A program made the translations under genes and the position numbers. Positions 61,700 through 64,000 of a DNA stretch of 64,000 nucleotides are shown here, piece by piece (positions within the stretch are counted from its first letter, which is position 1; the number at the start of each line of letters is the position of its first letter). This stretch comes from Marsupella aquatica (lineage: Eukaryota; Plantae; Marchantiophyta), in NCBI GenBank assembly GCA_973895155.1, contig OZ316893.1, positions 9,053,839 through 9,117,838 of the forward strand, in the 5' to 3' direction. The notes below the pieces were generated by a model. That model was not told where the DNA came from, searched no databases, and saw only the letters and a program-made list of their open reading frames with translations.

Positions 61700-64000
61700 C
61701 TTAATTAACCTCCCCTCTATTGTGCCGTCCTAGATCCAATACACTAGAGACTCTGTGTTCTTACAATGCATCAATTTCCAAGAAGACAGCTTTGAATTTC
61801 CGAAATTTCAGTAGTATGTGCAAGAATTGATCGACCTCATGGTAGAATCCTGTTAGTCCCCTCTCAATTAGTTGAGTCTCATCACCAGACGAATGATTGG
61901 TTTGTGAATACTTTGAGTGGTCCTCAGTGGAGGAATTGACTTTTTGCCATTTTCTGTCAAACCCAGAGAAACTGTTGGAATTGACCTATTTGGAAGAAAG
62001 TGTGATGTCTGATGAAGCCTGTTTTAGTTAAGAGAACATCGTCATGTGCTTTCGTGTCTTCTCTCTTTCACTGAATCGCAATTCTGAACCTAAGAGCTCT
62101 TAGACCAGCTACACTCCATGTTCGGTTTCATCTGCCCACCATGGCACCGCAAATCATGACTTGCCGAATTAATACTTGAGGTCAATCTTGGAAATGGGCG
62201 ACAACTTCTGGCTGCTTATGAAATTTGTATCTCCCTTTGCCATTCAACAGAGAAGGGTTTGATGGGGTATTAAAACATACATAAGGAAGGGTCCACAACT
62301 ACCTTCTTTCTATGAGTAGACTAGATCTAAGTTGACTCCTACCATGAACAGATGAAATGACAATAGGGCCAAAATTCCCAACATGACCAAAATTGCCCGA
62401 AAGCCCATACAGTAGAGTTTTCCGTGGTCAATCCCGGATGAGTCAACCATTATCTTCATTCAGGGTGAGTTAACATTTGAACTCAGCTTCAGCGACTCAC
62501 ATTTAGACTACAAGATCAAACTGCAAGGCGGTTACATGCTTCACCCTAAGCCACTAAGAGTTCCCAACAAGACTTTCCTGATCCTGCTTCAGTGAAAATA
62601 ATGGTTGACTCAAAATAATGGTTGGGTCAATCACAGAGGGGTGATTAGCTGTGTGAGGGGTGACTCTACCGTTAATCAATTTTTGGGCTGCCATCGGTCT
62701 TTTGATCCAGTTCATTTGCGTATGACCAGAAATACAATGAGAGATACCGGTAATTCATAGTTGAACTATAGGCAGCAGTCATTAAAAGTTCAGCTCAGAT
62801 TCATGGAAAGGAGTCAAGGAATCAAGTCCCTCGCAAGGGAATCGACGTACCTTGCCCAAAGAGCCCCATGAGCAACTTCATTGTTCCTCGAATAATAAAA
62901 GGGTCACTTTCCCTGTTCTCTTTTAGTGACAGTGATGAAAAGTGAGGGGATGCAGATATAGTAATTGCAAGTTATGGGCTTTTCCAAGGACCGTGTGAAC
63001 TCAGAATCACTGCTACAGCTACAGCTTCCTTCATCAAATTCACACTCTCCTGTAAAAAGTTCTTGAACTTTGGAACCACGTTAGAAAGCGACAGTTCGTG
63101 AGTTTGCGTTGTACCATCCTTTCAACTCATTTCAATGCAATAAAATAGTCGTGTCAACTCCTTAACGATCACAAATCGAGTGTTCAAGACTGTCTGCATG
63201 AGACACCCGTTCGGAAGGTCATGGGACGTTCGTCCTAACTGGGATTAATTGCCATTATTTTGTACAATTTGACCAAATTGTAAGTGTGCTTAACAGAGCA
63301 GTTACGGAATTACAATACTTTGCGTACACACGGGAGAATAGTTCCCTTTAATTTGGAAATTTCGAATCATCTGTACATTGGACTATAACAACTACTGTAT
63401 GCACAATGGAATTGGTTTCCACACCTAAGATGAATAGGATGGATTAGTCAATAGGACTTGCTTCTGCACCTGGCGTAGATCTTCGTAGGCAGAAGCGGGA
63501 TGGTAGGACTGTCGGAAAACTTTGCTTTTCGTCCATATTTTAAACTTCGGGAACTGTTCGGAGTCGCTTTCTCCCGAGGCTTGCCGGACAAATGCCGCTT
63601 TTCAGACCAGTTACGTCAGAAAGGGTCACGTTTCATGCTGTCAGAATCTCCAGCTTCGATGCAAACAAAGGTTTAACAGAATCAATCAGAAGTTAAAAGC
63701 TTCATCGCAGGAAAAGGCAACTTCACAAACCTCGTTTCCACTGCTGCAGTGCCTTAGGGTGAAAATCACTTCACCCGACCTTCCGCTTTTGCAGACAAAC
63801 CTTCGTTCTGGGAAGTGTTAACAGAATTAACATGTCCCCAAGCGAGGGCGTTCGCAAACAATCTGTCATAAGAGTACGTGGTTGCATCTTTCGAATGAAT
63901 CCGTTGAGAAATGCTCTACCGGCTACCTTCTACCACAGACAGTGACGTGTCGCCCCGCACTGAGATCCGAGAAGAAAAGCTGACTTCGGTGATGCCTAAG
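61700..64000 (-). other. Putative endogenous viral element: decayed L protein (RdRp) of a bunya-like negative-strand RNA virus; continues beyond the window end
   Basis: One minus-strand frame, read through stops, gives SKIDLKY*FGKS*F (premotif A/F, 62151-62192), then ELRFSEREK, then NSSTEDHSKYSQ (motif A, TEDHSKYSQ at 61902-61928) about 74 codons later. The frame ends before motifs B and C. No introns are apparent. Confidence 0.68.

Noticed and set aside
61700-62460. Alternative genetic code (TAA/TAG = Gln) or U-to-C editing explaining the EVE stops
   Set aside because: TGA also replaces a conserved Arg, frameshifts occur elsewhere in the element, and the copia element shows the same stop pattern, so deamination decay is simpler.

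Overview
This is plant nuclear DNA, probably from a non-seed land plant (inferred from gene style, not proven). It contains three intact genes that I can identify: a 23-exon full-size ABCG/PDR transporter (minus strand, 14051-24939, 1504 aa by my exon count), an intronless TL29/APX4-like thylakoid lumen gene (36990-38081) and a three-exon double B-box (BBX21/22-like) gene (minus strand, 43161-44646). An unidentified spliced gene on the + strand runs from before position 126 to about 11.8 kb and looks decayed at its 3' end. Mobile DNA includes a complete but inactivated Ty1/copia element (29684-36154, TGGGG target-site duplication) with a small DNA transposon nested in its 3' LTR, a long-TIR Mutator-like element, a solo LTR and many local tandem duplications. 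The most notable signal is two stop-riddled, intronless remnants that the ORF track misses and that resemble the L polymerase of segmented negative-strand (bunya-like) RNA viruses. One, at about 61.7-64 kb on the minus strand, retains RdRp premotif A (F) and motif A. The other, at about 0.58-4.69 kb, lies inside an intron of the unidentified gene, has an endonuclease-like N-terminus and appears to lack the RdRp core. Both viral calls come from manual read-through translation and need a profile search to confirm.
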